Shown: positions 28,701-38,891, counted from the stretch's first letter. The stretch is 64,000 nucleotides of DNA from Planctomycetota bacterium (GCA_965223505.1 CBDCWP010000030.1:192001-256000); one strand, 5' to 3'. Translations and numbers: made by a program. The notes: generated by a model from the letters alone, not told the origin.

Positions 28701-28905
28701 CGTTCACGCGCGTTTCGTACCCGGTGTTGCCGTCGCGGAGCCGGTAGCGGCCGTTCGCGATCGGATCGATGGTGCAGTGCTCGCCGGCGACGCCGTCGCA
28801 CGTGAGCTGCAAATCCAGGCCTGGGTTGCGCCCGACGCGAACGACGGACCCGGAGAGGTCCGCTTCGAACGTCTGGCCTTGGACCTCGATCCGAATCCTG
28901 GGCAT
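25759..28905 (-). CDS. Large FHA-TM-helical-CAP/SCP domain protein
   Basis: FHA: VRVGR, VAGEHC, TRVNG; TM; CAP: VNEYR, LVRAARGHSRHM..NYFAH, GENIA, WYGSSGHHRNML. Confidence 0.85.
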   Translation of the reverse strand: MPRIRIEVQGQTFEADLSGSVVRVGRNPGLDLQLTCDGVAGEHCTIDPIANGRYRLRDGNTGYETRVNGAVVKQVSLDDGDVIEVGEARITYMVGSLGETTVIPSTAAAAVSTPVPAKAAAPARPAAPPAPPKPATDVVASDPKTEAPASTETKTGVAKDDEADTAPKSDDSVERNRERARAAAGKKKLAVPIVALLVATGIAIAIAQVIGDTGGKTRVAAEKQFDAARELYKDKKYAEARVIFADLANDPDAGSVRDQADRYLSILKGVEGDIDRRLNEIWNDRLDFTAASLSTERRVFIADFGDANVQRFDDMKTRILSSHDEWIRTESETTRAAVAKLLEDGKYGKAVARWESLGRGAPVAIDASDAVAAGRTEVNDAAAEAARKLLDTAAGLLKSSGAAVAARYLRERTTPFAGTPAAPTLKERIAEYEALAPTQLDPRPETAPSKQPDGGGDPEPTVPTKTTPAAEDAAQAALEAAAPHAAELAFEQALAELDKGMALCPSGPWHEKLAAVKSDVVRAHQALDALIADIKANQQKYRRIRMSERIVVSLIDADAETVAAAVKGGSTMYRWHRLSPKQIGAIVDRFDAEGEQAFRIAALLHLVGATDAADEAMYDAGQSGVATSALFPVIARWRNEPLPEGGYVVHEERYVTPERRETLLREAAIADAMQRMSDKDADVRKAAYEALIAIGEPAAQRFHNALTSRRAYLIDQVANSKSATSNRYKSKMYGLLKQRRANALALIRDASAYPYPNPTKKGQKEVDHRVGLVREIWERPFDLVAQWDKKLQAELELITEVDEVLSRVDSGYRPDLDEIKDRINLAIDMPAYTPDGKSASRRENYLGVMAYNEKLDTTATEQEKDNTRAVNEYRFMMGLYSVKINERLVRAARGHSRHMKENNYFAHNVPPGKNQTPQNVTPGARAKRQGYGGGVGENIAMGRNTGRGAFWAWYGSSGHHRNMLGGWTEMGCGRWDAYFTQLFGGATGRGLSQPGKLPPPEPGFEPQDEGSTRTNPRGPVRLPDDAPPGGGLFEDERDDDDESDDGGR

Positions 28906-29157
28906 GGGGTGCATTCCGTCCGGGCGAACGACGACGCTGATGGGCTTGACCGGCCGGACCGAGTCTACCCGCCGCGGGCGCGGGACTCTCCTGCGGGAGC
29001 CGGTGGGAGGGCACATGGCCTCCCTTTCGACTCGACGAAGGGGAGAACCTGAGGGTTCCGGAGGGGGAGCGGGATCACGGGACCGCCGATTCGCGATGAC
29101 GCCGGAGCGGGAGGGCGAGCGGGACCGGGGTCAGGAGCAGGGGCGGAAACGCGCGGC

Positions 29158-30351
29158 TCAGTCCGAGAGGTGCAAGAGGAAGTCCATCAGCTCGTGACCC
29201 CGCTCCACCTGGAAGCCCGCATCCCGCGCCGCGACCTCGGAGAAGCCCGTCTTGCGATGACTGCGAACGCCCGCGCCGTAGATCGCGAAGGGCACCGGAT
29301 CCGGTAGGTACCGTCCGTTCTCCGCCGACGCCGCCTCGCCGCCGATCATCACCACCCGCGCGTCCAGGCCCGCCTCGAGCGCGCGCAACGCCACGCCCAG
29401 CACATACCCGTCGATCCGCTCCAACGCCTCGACCTTCGCCACGAAGTCCCGCGCGTGCGACGCCGCCGCCAACGCGTCCACGTGCACGATCGCCAAATCT
29501 CGCGTCTCCAACGCCTCCAACGCGGCGCGCGCCTTCGCCCGCAACCGCGTATCCGGCAATCCAGTCGTGCCCTCCGGCCGCACCGTCGGGATGCCCTGCA
29601 GCTTCGCCGCGCCGACGAACGTCGGGTTCACGCCCACGGCCGTCGCCTTCACGCCCGTCCGTTCCTCGAAGTTCGGCAACGGGATCGAGATGCCGCTGCC
29701 CCACGGCCATAGCATCGTCGCCGGGTTCTCACCGAGCTCGCCGCGCAGCTCGTTGACCTCGTGCTTGCGCAAGATCTCCGACGCGCGCTCCACCGAGGCC
29801 AGCAATCGACCGATGCCGGTGCCGCGCGGCAACGCCGTGGCAAGGCGCTTGCCCACGACCTCGTACGGCGGCACCGTCCGCACGCGCACGTCGCGCGCGC
29901 CCTTCCACAACAGGACGTTGCGCCAGCCCTCGCCCGGCTGAAACGCGAGGTCCGGATCCTCCAGCTCGTCGTTGACCGCGCGCAACAACATCGTCGCCTC
30001 GTCCTTGCCGATATGGCCCGCGGTCGGATCGAAGATCGTCTCGTCGTCGGCGGTGACGAGCGAGAGGCGAAACACCTGATCGAGCGATCCGACCGGCACG
30101 TCGTACGCCGCCGCGTCCAACGCCCCGCCGATGTCGCCGTAGGAAAGCGGGTCGATGCCGAACGACGCCAACGCGAACGCGCCCTCCTCCGGTCGAATGC
30201 CTGCGGGCGCCGGCACGAGACGCCCCATGCGTCCTTCGCGGGCCATGCGGTCCAGGTGCGGCGTCGCGGCGGCTTCCAACGGCGTGCGGCCGCCCAGCTC
30301 TTCCAGCGGACGATCCGCGGCGCCGGAGGCGATGACGATGAGCGTTTTCAC
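29158..30351 (-). CDS. Cofactor-independent phosphoglycerate mutase (ApgM)-like protein
   Basis: ADRPLEELGGRTPLEAAATPHLD, NPATMLWPWG, KVEALERID, DPVPF; several catalytic residues look altered. Confidence 0.85.
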   Translation of the reverse strand: MKTLIVIASGAADRPLEELGGRTPLEAAATPHLDRMAREGRMGRLVPAPAGIRPEEGAFALASFGIDPLSYGDIGGALDAAAYDVPVGSLDQVFRLSLVTADDETIFDPTAGHIGKDEATMLLRAVNDELEDPDLAFQPGEGWRNVLLWKGARDVRVRTVPPYEVVGKRLATALPRGTGIGRLLASVERASEILRKHEVNELRGELGENPATMLWPWGSGISIPLPNFEERTGVKATAVGVNPTFVGAAKLQGIPTVRPEGTTGLPDTRLRAKARAALEALETRDLAIVHVDALAAASHARDFVAKVEALERIDGYVLGVALRALEAGLDARVVMIGGEAASAENGRYLPDPVPFAIYGAGVRSHRKTGFSEVAARDAGFQVERGHELMDFLLHLSD

Positions 30352-30449
30352 TGAGGTCGACCGGCCACCGGGGACTGAGGAAGGGTCGCGCGTCCCGCGC
30401 GCGAGCGCAGCTTACCGGTGAGCCGCGACGGGCCCCAGATTCCCTTTGC

Positions 30450-30917
30450 CTACGACGACGGCTCTTCGGGCTCCGGCAGTTCCTCGCCCGGCATCACCAG
30501 CCAGGGGAACGCTTTGCCGGGCACGCTCACGCGCTCCAGCTTCACGTCGTACGTGTGCAGGATCACCTCCATGACCGCGCCGACGCGCAGCTCGTGGACG
30601 TGGCCGGAGTAGGCGATGAGCTCGCGCGGCGCGAGCACGGCGTGCAGATGGATGAACGGCCGTCCGTCGTCGCTCGCCACCGAGATGGTGCCGGTGAGAT
30701 TCCCGACCTCCATGGGCTCGTCGAACTTGCGTTTCACGTACTCGTTGATGTCGGGATCGAGAAAGCTCAGGACCGCGTTGCTCACGGACCCGAGGCCGGT
30801 GATGAACCCGGCGGTGACCTTCTCTTCGCTCACGAACTGCCGCAGGCAACCGATCGCCTCTTCGCCCGGGTCCATGCGCATGAAATACCGCCCCTCACCG
30901 ATGCGGTGGTACTGCAT
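30450..30917 (-). CDS. PPC/DUF296 domain protein
   Basis: RMDPGEE, GLGSV, EVGNLTGTIS, FIHLHAVL, SGH. Confidence 0.88.
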   Translation of the reverse strand: MQYHRIGEGRYFMRMDPGEEAIGCLRQFVSEEKVTAGFITGLGSVSNAVLSFLDPDINEYVKRKFDEPMEVGNLTGTISVASDDGRPFIHLHAVLAPRELIAYSGHVHELRVGAVMEVILHTYDVKLERVSVPGKAFPWLVMPGEELPEPEEPSS

Positions 30918-31029
30918 GGACGCTCCCCTGCCCGGCACAGCATCGTGCCGGTTCAAAACCCTAAGAGCCCCCTATCAGAGGGTCAAGGCGCGTGTGCGAA
31001 CGGGACGTATCATGTCGCGCCCCGCCGGA

Positions 31030-31956
31030 ATGTCGAACGCAACGCACTATCACTTCGTCGTGAACCCGGTCGCCGGACGCAAGGACCGGCGCCCGCTCGT
31101 GGACCGAATCGCGACGATTCTCGAGGCGCGCGGCGCCCGCGTCACGCAGTACGTCACGGCGGCCGCAGGCGACGCGGTGGCCCACGTGAAGACCCTCGAG
31201 CCCGGCGATGCCGACCGGCTCGTCGTGGTCGGCGGCGACGGCACGCTCAACGAGGTCGTCAACGCCCGGGCGGCGCCGCCGCCGTGGCCCGTCGCCGTGC
31301 TGCCGGTCGGGACCGCCAACCTCGTGGCGCGCGAGCTCGGGATGCCGCTGTCCCTTGACACGGAGGAAACCGCCGCCTGCCTCTTCGACGCGAAGCCGTG
31401 GCAGGTCGGCCTGATGGAGATGCGGCGCGGTGAGACGTCGAAGCTCGCGGTCGCGGCGGTCGGCGTGGGGCTGGACGGCGAGATCGTGCGCACGATCTCC
31501 GATCTGCGCGCCGAGGAGGGCTCGAGCGGGTACCGGCAATGGGTGCGGCCGATCTGGAAGACGCTTCGCGAATATCGGTTTCCGAAGGTCACCGTCACGG
31601 TCGACGACCACCGCACGTACGTCGCCTCGAGCTGCATCGTGCAGAACGCGCACAGCTACGGCGGCTTGTTCGAGATGTCGCCGAGCGCGCAGATGGGCTC
31701 GGACGTCTTCGACATCACGCTGATCCGCGCGCGCACGCACCGAGATCTGTTTCGGGTCCTCTTCGGCTCCTGGACGCGAACGGTGTCCGGCTACAAGGAC
31801 GTCAAGATCCTGTCCGGAACGAACGTGCGGATCCACAGCCCGCGGCCGCTCGCGGTGCAGGCGGACGGCGACCCGGCAGGTGAAACCGACATCGAGCTGC
31901 GCTACCTGCCGGACGCGATGGAGATGCTGCGGGTCTCACAGGTCGACCGCAACTGA
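31030..31956 (+). CDS. Diacylglycerol kinase family lipid kinase
   Basis: VNPVAG, GGDGTLNEVVN, PVGTANLVA, QADGD. Confidence 0.92.
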   Translation: MSNATHYHFVVNPVAGRKDRRPLVDRIATILEARGARVTQYVTAAAGDAVAHVKTLEPGDADRLVVVGGDGTLNEVVNARAAPPPWPVAVLPVGTANLVARELGMPLSLDTEETAACLFDAKPWQVGLMEMRRGETSKLAVAAVGVGLDGEIVRTISDLRAEEGSSGYRQWVRPIWKTLREYRFPKVTVTVDDHRTYVASSCIVQNAHSYGGLFEMSPSAQMGSDVFDITLIRARTHRDLFRVLFGSWTRTVSGYKDVKILSGTNVRIHSPRPLAVQADGDPAGETDIELRYLPDAMEMLRVSQVDRN

Positions 31957-31963
31957 CGTCGCG

Positions 31964-32815
31964 TCACGCGGCGTCCTGTCCGGTCGCGACGCGAATGCCC
32001 TTGATCGAGTGCAACAGCGGTTCGAGCTGATCGAGCACGATCATGTTCGGCCCGTCGGACTTCGCGTTGTCGGGGTCTTCGTGCACCTCCATGAAGAACC
32101 CGTCGACGCCCACCGCGGCCGCGGCGCGCACGAGACCGGGCACCTCGGTGCGGTCGCCGCCCGACTTGTCGCCGAGCGCGCTCGGACGCTGCACGCTGTG
32201 CGTGCCGTCGAAGACGACGGGATGTCCCATCGCGCGCATCATCGGAAGCGATCGGAAGTCGACGACGAGGTTGCCGTAGCCGAACGACGCGCCGCGCTCC
32301 GTCAGCAACACGTCCTTGCAGCCCGACTCCTCGAGCTTCTGCACGACGGGACGCATGTTCTCCGGCGCGAGGAACTGTCCCTTCTTCACGTTCACGGCCT
32401 TGCCGGTCTTCGCGGCCGCCACGAGCATGTCGGTCTGTCGGCACAGGAACGCGGGCACCTGCAGGATGTCCACGACCTCCCCCACCGCCGGCGCCTGGTC
32501 GGCGCTGTGGAAGTCGGTCAGGACGCGCACGCCGGTCTCGCGGCGCACCTGCGCGAGGACGTCGAGCCCCTCGTCGATGCCGGGCCCGCGAAACGAGTGG
32601 ATGCTGGTGCGGTTGGCCTTGTCGAACGACGACTTGAAGCAGTACTGGAAGCCCGCGCCTTCGGCGATCGCGCGGATGCGTTCCGCGTGACGCAGCGCCA
32701 TGTCGCGACCCTCGATCACGCACGGACCCGCGATCAACAAGGGGCGCTCGCCGGGCCCCACGTTCTCGGCGCCGACGCGGCAGGGCGTGATCTGGACTTC
32801 GGCGGTGGTGCTCAC
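31964..32815 (-). CDS. kdsA: 3-deoxy-8-phosphooctulonate (KDO8P) synthase
   Basis: [44 protein letters not shown]. Confidence 0.96.
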   Translation of the reverse strand: MSTTAEVQITPCRVGAENVGPGERPLLIAGPCVIEGRDMALRHAERIRAIAEGAGFQYCFKSSFDKANRTSIHSFRGPGIDEGLDVLAQVRRETGVRVLTDFHSADQAPAVGEVVDILQVPAFLCRQTDMLVAAAKTGKAVNVKKGQFLAPENMRPVVQKLEESGCKDVLLTERGASFGYGNLVVDFRSLPMMRAMGHPVVFDGTHSVQRPSALGDKSGGDRTEVPGLVRAAAAVGVDGFFMEVHEDPDNAKSDGPNMIVLDQLEPLLHSIKGIRVATGQDAA

Positions 32816-34113
32816 TTCGAACTCTCCACACCCAGTTTGCGGTACGGCGCGTCGGGACGCTCACATCGAACCAGATCTTCGTAGGTCTCGCGCACGCGAA
32901 CCACAGCGAACTCGGCCCCGTCCACCAGGACCTCGGGCGGCCGGCGGCGCTCGTTGTAATTGCTGGCCATCACGAAGGCGTAGGCGCCCACGCTCATGAC
33001 CGCGAGCACCTCGCCCGACGCAACCGGCGGCAGCGGCCGGTCTTGCGCCAGAAAGTCCCCGGTCTCGCAGACGGGCCCGACGATGTCGCACGGCGGCGCG
33101 TCGGCTTCTTCGCCCAGGGGCGGCGGCGCGTCGCCGGTGACCGGCCAGATGCGGTGGTAGCCCTCGTACAGGCTCGGACGAATGAGATCGTTCATGCCGG
33201 CGTCGACGATCACGAAGCGCCGGTCTCCCGACGCCTTGTTGAACAAGACGGTCGTCAGCAGCACGCCGGCGTTGCCGACGATCACGCGCCCGGGCTCCAT
33301 GATGAGCTTCAGGCCGCTCGAGCGAACGTCGTCGCGAACGGCGTCGGCGTAGTCGGCGAGGGCGGGGACGTTCTGATCGCGGTAGTAGATGCCGTAGCCG
33401 CCGCCCATGTTGAGCCACTCGATGTCGGGGATGTCTCGTCGAAGGTCGGTGGCGAGCTTGGCCGTTCGGCGCACGGCGGCTTGATACGGCTCGACGGACG
33501 AGATCTGGCTCCCGATGTGACACTGGATGCCGACGAGCCGCAGGTGCGTCGACGCGGCGATGCGTTGCGCGAGCCGGCCCGCGCGCTCGATGTCGACGCC
33601 GAACTTGGTCTCCTTCTGCCCCGTCGAGATGTAGCGGTGCGTCTTCGGGTCGACGTCGGGGTTGACACGAATGGCGACGTCGCCGCGTGTTCCGAGGCGC
33701 TTGGCGACCCGTTCGATGAGATCGAGCTCGGCTTCGCTCTCGACGTTGAACATGAGCAGCTTGGCTTCGAGGCCCGCCATGACCTCGCTCTCGGTCTTGC
33801 CGACACCGGAGAAGACGATGCGACTCGGGTCGGCGCCGGCGGCGAGAACACGTTGCAGCTCCCCCTCCGAGACGATGTCGAACCCCGTGCCGGCTTCGCG
33901 CAGGACGTTGAGCAGCGCGAGGTTGCCGTTCGCCTTGGCGGCGAAGCAGATGAGCGGATCGAGATCGCCGAACGCCTTGCGAATGCCGTCCACGTGATCG
34001 CGCACGGTGCGGGTGGAGTAGACGTACGCAGGCGTGCCGACCTCCCGCGCCAGCGCGTCGAGGGGCACGTCTTCGCACCAGAGGCGGCCGTCGTGGTGGT
34101 GGAACCGGTCCAT
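32812..34113 (-). CDS. lysA: Diaminopimelate decarboxylase
   Basis: [40 protein letters not shown]. Confidence 0.96.
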   Translation of the reverse strand: MDRFHHHDGRLWCEDVPLDALAREVGTPAYVYSTRTVRDHVDGIRKAFGDLDPLICFAAKANGNLALLNVLREAGTGFDIVSEGELQRVLAAGADPSRIVFSGVGKTESEVMAGLEAKLLMFNVESEAELDLIERVAKRLGTRGDVAIRVNPDVDPKTHRYISTGQKETKFGVDIERAGRLAQRIAASTHLRLVGIQCHIGSQISSVEPYQAAVRRTAKLATDLRRDIPDIEWLNMGGGYGIYYRDQNVPALADYADAVRDDVRSSGLKLIMEPGRVIVGNAGVLLTTVLFNKASGDRRFVIVDAGMNDLIRPSLYEGYHRIWPVTGDAPPPLGEEADAPPCDIVGPVCETGDFLAQDRPLPPVASGEVLAVMSVGAYAFVMASNYNERRRPPEVLVDGAEFAVVRVRETYEDLVRCERPDAPYRKLGVESSK

Positions 34114-34126
34114 CGAACGAACGACT

Positions 34127-34213
34127 GTAGGGGCGGCCCTCGTGGCCGCCCACGAACTACTACAGTGTGAACGCCGCTCGCCGATCGCGGGCGGGCACAA
34201 GGCCCGCCCCTAC
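34127..34213. repeat. Inverted pair of GTAG-type REP elements
   Basis: GTAGGGGCGGCCCTCGTGGCCGCCC (34127-34151) and GGGCGGGCACAAGGCCCGCCCCTAC (34189-34213). Confidence 0.85.
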
Positions 34214-34215
34214 AC

Positions 34216-35094
34216 CTACACCCGGTGCCCGATCCTGGACGTCAACCGGTTCGTCGGCTGGACCGGCGCCTCGATCGAGCCGCCGTCGCTCATGCGGTCC
34301 AGGTACACCTTCAGCTTCTTCAGCGTCTTGGTGTGGATCTGGCACACGCGGCTCTCGGAGATGCCCATGACGCGGCCGATCTCCTTCATCGTGAGGCCTT
34401 CGTGATAGTAGAGCGCGATCACGGTGCGCTCGGGCTGGGTCAGCACCTCGACCAACGCGCCCGCCAGGTCCTGCGCGACGAGCTTGTCGAACGGAACCTC
34501 ACTGTCCTTGTCCATCAACGCGTCGAGCTTGCGCAGCATGCGCGGGTCGTCGTCGCGCTCGTCCTGCTGGTTGAGCGTGTACACGTTGGTGAGGTTCGAC
34601 TCGCGCCGCATCTTGACGGTCTCTTGATGCGACAGCTCCATGTACTGCGCCGTCTCGTGGTCGCTGGGCTCGCGGCCCAGGTCCTTGCGAAGCTCGGTCA
34701 GCGCCTTCTTGTAGGCGCTCGCGCGGTTGCGCACGAGGCGCGGGACCCAGTCCTGGGACCGCAGCTCGTCGAGGATCGCGCCGCGCACCCGCGTCGCGCA
34801 GTACGACTCGAACGGCGTGCCGCGCTCGAGATCGAAGTTCTCGATGGCCCGCATCAGGCCGAAGACGCCCGCGCTGCGCAGGTCCTGCACGTCGATCGAC
34901 CGCGGCAGGCGCGCCGCGATGCGGTTGCCGATGACCTTGACGAGGTAGTGGTAGGCCTCGACCAGCTGGTTGCGAAGCACCGGATCGCCGTGCGCCTTGT
35001 ACTTGCGCCAGACCTCCGTCATGTCCGGTCCCCGGCGCAGTCTGCGCTTCGGGGCGTTGCCGTTCTTCTGCGTCAGGGCCTGGCGAGCCTTCAC
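34216..35094 (-). CDS. FliA/WhiG family RNA polymerase sigma factor
   Basis: RNQLVEAY, DLRSAGVFGL..AIENFD, RVRGAILDELRSQDWVPR, LTMKEIG.VMGISESRVCQIH; GTG start after GGGAGG. Confidence 0.92.
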   Translation of the reverse strand: MKARQALTQKNGNAPKRRLRRGPDMTEVWRKYKAHGDPVLRNQLVEAYHYLVKVIGNRIAARLPRSIDVQDLRSAGVFGLMRAIENFDLERGTPFESYCATRVRGAILDELRSQDWVPRLVRNRASAYKKALTELRKDLGREPSDHETAQYMELSHQETVKMRRESNLTNVYTLNQQDERDDDPRMLRKLDALMDKDSEVPFDKLVAQDLAGALVEVLTQPERTVIALYYHEGLTMKEIGRVMGISESRVCQIHTKTLKKLKVYLDRMSDGGSIEAPVQPTNRLTSRIGHRV

Positions 35095-35373
35095 GACGAT
35101 CCCTCCCATGTCCTTCGGGCAGGGCATCGAAACCGGCGCGCCGTAGGTCGCGCCGAGAGGCCCCCTCCCCGAGGCCCCCCGGCGCACGGCACCGGATGTC
35201 TGGCGTACGAAAGACACCCGATCTCGATGTCGCTGCCCGTCGAACCGATCCTTGCGGTGCCCACCGCGCCCACCAAGGTCAAATCTCTTCATCCGGCGCC
35301 GATCGGAACCGACCCAATGAAGGGGGACGACCTACCAGACTTCGCGTTTTCGCCCGGCGAGAACGGTCCGCAA

Positions 35374-35420
35374 CCTCAAGATGTTGTATTGAAACAGGAT
35401 ACGAACGCTACAGCTAGAGA
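35374..35420. promoter_or_regulatory. Possible tandem NrdR boxes
   Basis: CCTCAAGATGTTGTAT (35374) and ACGCTACAGCTAGAGA (35405), starts 31 bp apart, fitting a CwA-N4-TwG core. Confidence 0.4.
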
Positions 35421-35591
35421 TTTGTCACGAAATGGTCACGGCCCCGTGATGCACCGGGGGCTCCCGCCGACAGCAGCGTTTGTAGCACCGGGGTCCCCCA
35501 CTGTCGGGCGCTCTGCTCGCAGCATTCGCGGCGTCCCGATCTGTCGCGCGGGTACAAATCGCTCTCGAATCCCTGCGGAAGGCATTGAGAC

Positions 35592-36950
35592 GTGAGCGAA
35601 ACCATGGAACAGGTCGTGGCGCTGACCAAGCGCCGCGGATTCGTCTATCCCTCGTCGGAGATCTACGGCGGCCTGCAGGCCACGTACGACTACGGCCCGG
35701 TCGGGATCGAGCTCAAGCGCCTCATCAAGGACGACTGGTGGCGCGCGATGGTGTCCGAGCGCGAGGACGTCGTGGGCCTGGACGCCTCGATCCTCATGGC
35801 CGCTCGCGTCTGGGAGGTGTCCGGCCACGTGGGCGGGTTCAACGACCCCCTGGTGGACTGCAAGAAGTGCAAGGCGCGCTTCCGCGAGGACAAGCTCGAT
35901 CAGTCGGTGTGCCCGAAGAAGCCGTCGAAGAAGCCGGGCGAGTGCGGCGGCGAGCTGACGGAGCCGCGCCTGTTCAACCTGATGTTCAAGACGAAGGTCG
36001 GGCCGGTGGACGACGACGCCGCCGTCACGTATCTGCGGCCGGAGACGGCGCAGGGCATCTTCGTCAACTTCAAGAACGTGATGGACACGACGCGCGTGAA
36101 GATCCCCTTCGGCATCGCGCAGATCGGAAAGGCGTTCCGCAACGAGATCGTGACGGGCAACCAGATCTTCCGGATGCGCGAGTTCGAGCAGATGGAGATG
36201 GAGTTCTTCTGCGAACCGGGCACGGACGCGGAGTGGCTCGCGTACTGGCAGAAGGAACGGCTCGAGTGGTGGCGTTCGCTGGGCGTGCGGTCGGAGAACC
36301 TGCGGATTCGCGACCACGAGGCCGACGAGCTGGCGCACTACGCGGCGGGCTGCGGCGACGTCGAGTACAAGTACCCGTGGGGTTGGGACGAGGTCGAAGG
36401 CGTCGCGAACCGCACCGACTACGACCTCAAGGCGCACACGGACGGCAGCGGGCGCAAGTTGACGTACCGCGACGAAGAGAAGAAGGAGTGGGTCACGCCG
36501 TACGTGATCGAGCCTTCCATGGGGGTCGATCGCTGCTTCTTGACGGTGCTGTGCGACGCCTACGAGGTCGAGGTGAAGCCCAACGGCGAGAAGCGCACCG
36601 TGCTGCACCTGCACCCGAAGCTGGCCCCGACGCAGGTGGGCGTGTTCCCGCTGGTCAAGCGCGACGGGATGCCGGAGAAGGCGCGCGCGATCTACGACGG
36701 CATCAAGCACACGTTCCGCGCGTTCTACGACGAGGGCGGCACGGTGGGGAAGCGCTACAGCCGTCTGGACGAGATCGGAACGCCGTTCGGCGTGACGGTC
36801 GACAGCCAGACGCTGGAGGACGGAACCGTCACGGTGCGCGACCGTGACTCGATGGCGCAGGACCGCGTCGCGTCCGATCAGGTCGCGAGCTTCATCGCGG
36901 AGCGCATCGGCGGCTGGACGCGCGAGACGGCCGGCAAGGCGGACGCATGA
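35592..36950 (+). CDS. glyQS: Glycine--tRNA ligase (homodimeric type)
   Basis: KRRGF..SSEIYGG, YLRPETAQGIF, FRMREFEQMEMEFF, ELAHYA, VIEPSMGVDR. Confidence 0.96.
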   Translation: MSETMEQVVALTKRRGFVYPSSEIYGGLQATYDYGPVGIELKRLIKDDWWRAMVSEREDVVGLDASILMAARVWEVSGHVGGFNDPLVDCKKCKARFREDKLDQSVCPKKPSKKPGECGGELTEPRLFNLMFKTKVGPVDDDAAVTYLRPETAQGIFVNFKNVMDTTRVKIPFGIAQIGKAFRNEIVTGNQIFRMREFEQMEMEFFCEPGTDAEWLAYWQKERLEWWRSLGVRSENLRIRDHEADELAHYAAGCGDVEYKYPWGWDEVEGVANRTDYDLKAHTDGSGRKLTYRDEEKKEWVTPYVIEPSMGVDRCFLTVLCDAYEVEVKPNGEKRTVLHLHPKLAPTQVGVFPLVKRDGMPEKARAIYDGIKHTFRAFYDEGGTVGKRYSRLDEIGTPFGVTVDSQTLEDGTVTVRDRDSMAQDRVASDQVASFIAERIGGWTRETAGKADA

Positions 36951-37381
36951 TGCGTGCCGCCCTGTGCTTCGTGTTGTTGTTGGCGGCGTGCTCGTCGAAC
37001 AGGGCGCCGGACGTCGATCCGAACGCGCCGGTGCCGGCGACGAACGTGCCGCCGCGGTTCGCGCGCATCAACCAGGTGCTCGAGCAGGCGCGCTTCCTGC
37101 TCTACAAGAACCGCGTCCCCGAGGTGCGTGCGTTGGACAACACGATCACCGACGAGGGACTCGCGTTGATTCGCGCGCGTTTGCCGAACGACCTGCGCCG
37201 GGCGGACGTGCCGCGTTACGAAGAGGGCCGCCGGGCATTCGGCGAAGCGCTGAAGGAGTACGCGGCGTCGGTGTCCGATCCGAACGACGCGCGGCTGCGT
37301 GCCGCGATCGAACGGCTCTACGACGCCCAGCGCGGTTGGGCCGACGCGTACGTGGGGCGACCCGTCGAATCGGCGATCTAG
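36947..37381 (+). CDS. Hypothetical lipoprotein
   Basis: LLLAAC lipobox; overlaps the glyQS stop. Confidence 0.75.
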   Translation: MMRAALCFVLLLAACSSNRAPDVDPNAPVPATNVPPRFARINQVLEQARFLLYKNRVPEVRALDNTITDEGLALIRARLPNDLRRADVPRYEEGRRAFGEALKEYAASVSDPNDARLRAAIERLYDAQRGWADAYVGRPVESAI

Positions 37382-37470
37382 CGCCGACGGATTCGATACC
37401 CTCTCCCTTGCGGTACGCACGAGCTCGTGCATCGCCGACCCCAGTGACGAACATCGAAGAGAAGGAAGCG

Positions 37471-37920
37471 ATGCAGCTCCTCGAACATCTATTTGTTTCC
37501 GGCGAGTTCCCCGAACGAGCCCGCCTGCTGTCCGGGCTGACGCTCGAGCAAGTCACGCTACGCCCCGATGGCGCGTCGCACTCGATCTACGAGGAGCTGT
37601 GGCACGTCGTGGCGTACCAGCACAGCGTCGTCGGCGGGGGCGACCCGGACGGCGCACGGTTTCCGACTGCGGCGCCGGAGCACGAGCACCAATGGCACGA
37701 CCTGGTGCGGAAGTTCCTGGACGGCGCTCGCGCTGCAGCGGCGTTGGGGCAGGCGCCCGAGCAGTTGGCGCGCGAGCTCGAGCCGGGGCTGACGCTGGCC
37801 GACGAGCTGAAGTGTGTGGCCGAGCACAACGCCTTTCACCTTGGCAAGATCGTTGCGTTACGGCAGCGGATTGGTGCGTGGCCGACAGCGGACGCGCCTG
37901 CTTCCGATCCCAGCTTGTGA
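37471..37920 (+). CDS. DinB family protein
   Basis: HSIYEELWHV, EHNAFHLGKIV; AAGGAAG RBS. Confidence 0.85.
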   Translation: MQLLEHLFVSGEFPERARLLSGLTLEQVTLRPDGASHSIYEELWHVVAYQHSVVGGGDPDGARFPTAAPEHEHQWHDLVRKFLDGARAAAALGQAPEQLARELEPGLTLADELKCVAEHNAFHLGKIVALRQRIGAWPTADAPASDPSL

Positions 37921-37972
37921 GTTCCGAGACGAGGTGGGAAAGGCCGGCACGCATTCCGTACGATCGGCGGCG

Positions 37973-38764
37973 ATGGAGGCCCTGCGCGCGATTCGCGAGC
38001 TCTACGATCGTCACGAGCGGCGGCCTGTCGTCATCGACGGCATGGCGCGCGAAGAGACGAGCCGAACCCTGCGATTCGTCAACCTCGGCCGAGGTCCGGG
38101 CGTGGTGATCCACTCGAATCTCGACGAGGACAGCGCCGACGAGGCGATCGGTGCGGAGGTGGCTCGCTTCCGAGACGCCGGACAGGCGTTCGAGTGGAAG
38201 CTCCACGACTACGACGAGCCGTCTGATCTGCGACGGCGGCTGGGACGATTCGGCTTCGTTCCACAGCCGGAGGAAGTGCTCGTCGCGTTCGATCTCGACG
38301 GGCCCTTGCCGGCGACGCCGTCGGAGGTGGAAGTGCGATCCGTCGCTGACGTTGCGGGGTTGGACACAGTCCACGGCATCCGCAGCGCTGCGTTTGGTCG
38401 CGAGCAGGCGTGGCAAAGGGAGGCTCTGCGCGAGGAGTTCGCACGCGCACCGGAGGAGCTGCGCGTATTCGTCGCGTACGTCGACGGTGAGCCTGCCGCC
38501 GCCGGTTGGTCGCGTTTGCTTCCTGGCAGTCCGTTCGCCACCCTTTGGGGCGGCGGCACGGTGCCCGCTCGTCGTCGCCGGGGCGCCTACCGCGCCCTGG
38601 TGGCCCGGCGCCTTGCGGACGCGCGGCAGCGAGGGTACCGCCAGGCACTCGTCGATGCCGGGCCGGAGAGCCTGCCGATCTTGGAGCGACTGGGGTTCAT
38701 GCGCGTCGCCCGGATGACGCCGATGATGTGGCATCCGCCGGAAGCCGACGCGCAAGAAACGTAA
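37973..38764 (+). CDS. GNAT family N-acetyltransferase
   Basis: LWGGGTVPARRRRGAYRALV, SLPILERLGF. Confidence 0.88.
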   Translation: MEALRAIRELYDRHERRPVVIDGMAREETSRTLRFVNLGRGPGVVIHSNLDEDSADEAIGAEVARFRDAGQAFEWKLHDYDEPSDLRRRLGRFGFVPQPEEVLVAFDLDGPLPATPSEVEVRSVADVAGLDTVHGIRSAAFGREQAWQREALREEFARAPEELRVFVAYVDGEPAAAGWSRLLPGSPFATLWGGGTVPARRRRGAYRALVARRLADARQRGYRQALVDAGPESLPILERLGFMRVARMTPMMWHPPEADAQET

Positions 38765-38891
38765 CGCCGGTCATGTTCTCGCGATGCGCCGCGCACGTCG
38801 AGCCGACGCCGTCGTGGCGCATACATGACGTGCAGGACTGGGCGTAAAGCGGGATCTTGCGCTGCGGGCGACCTCCCGGTTGACTCCCTCG

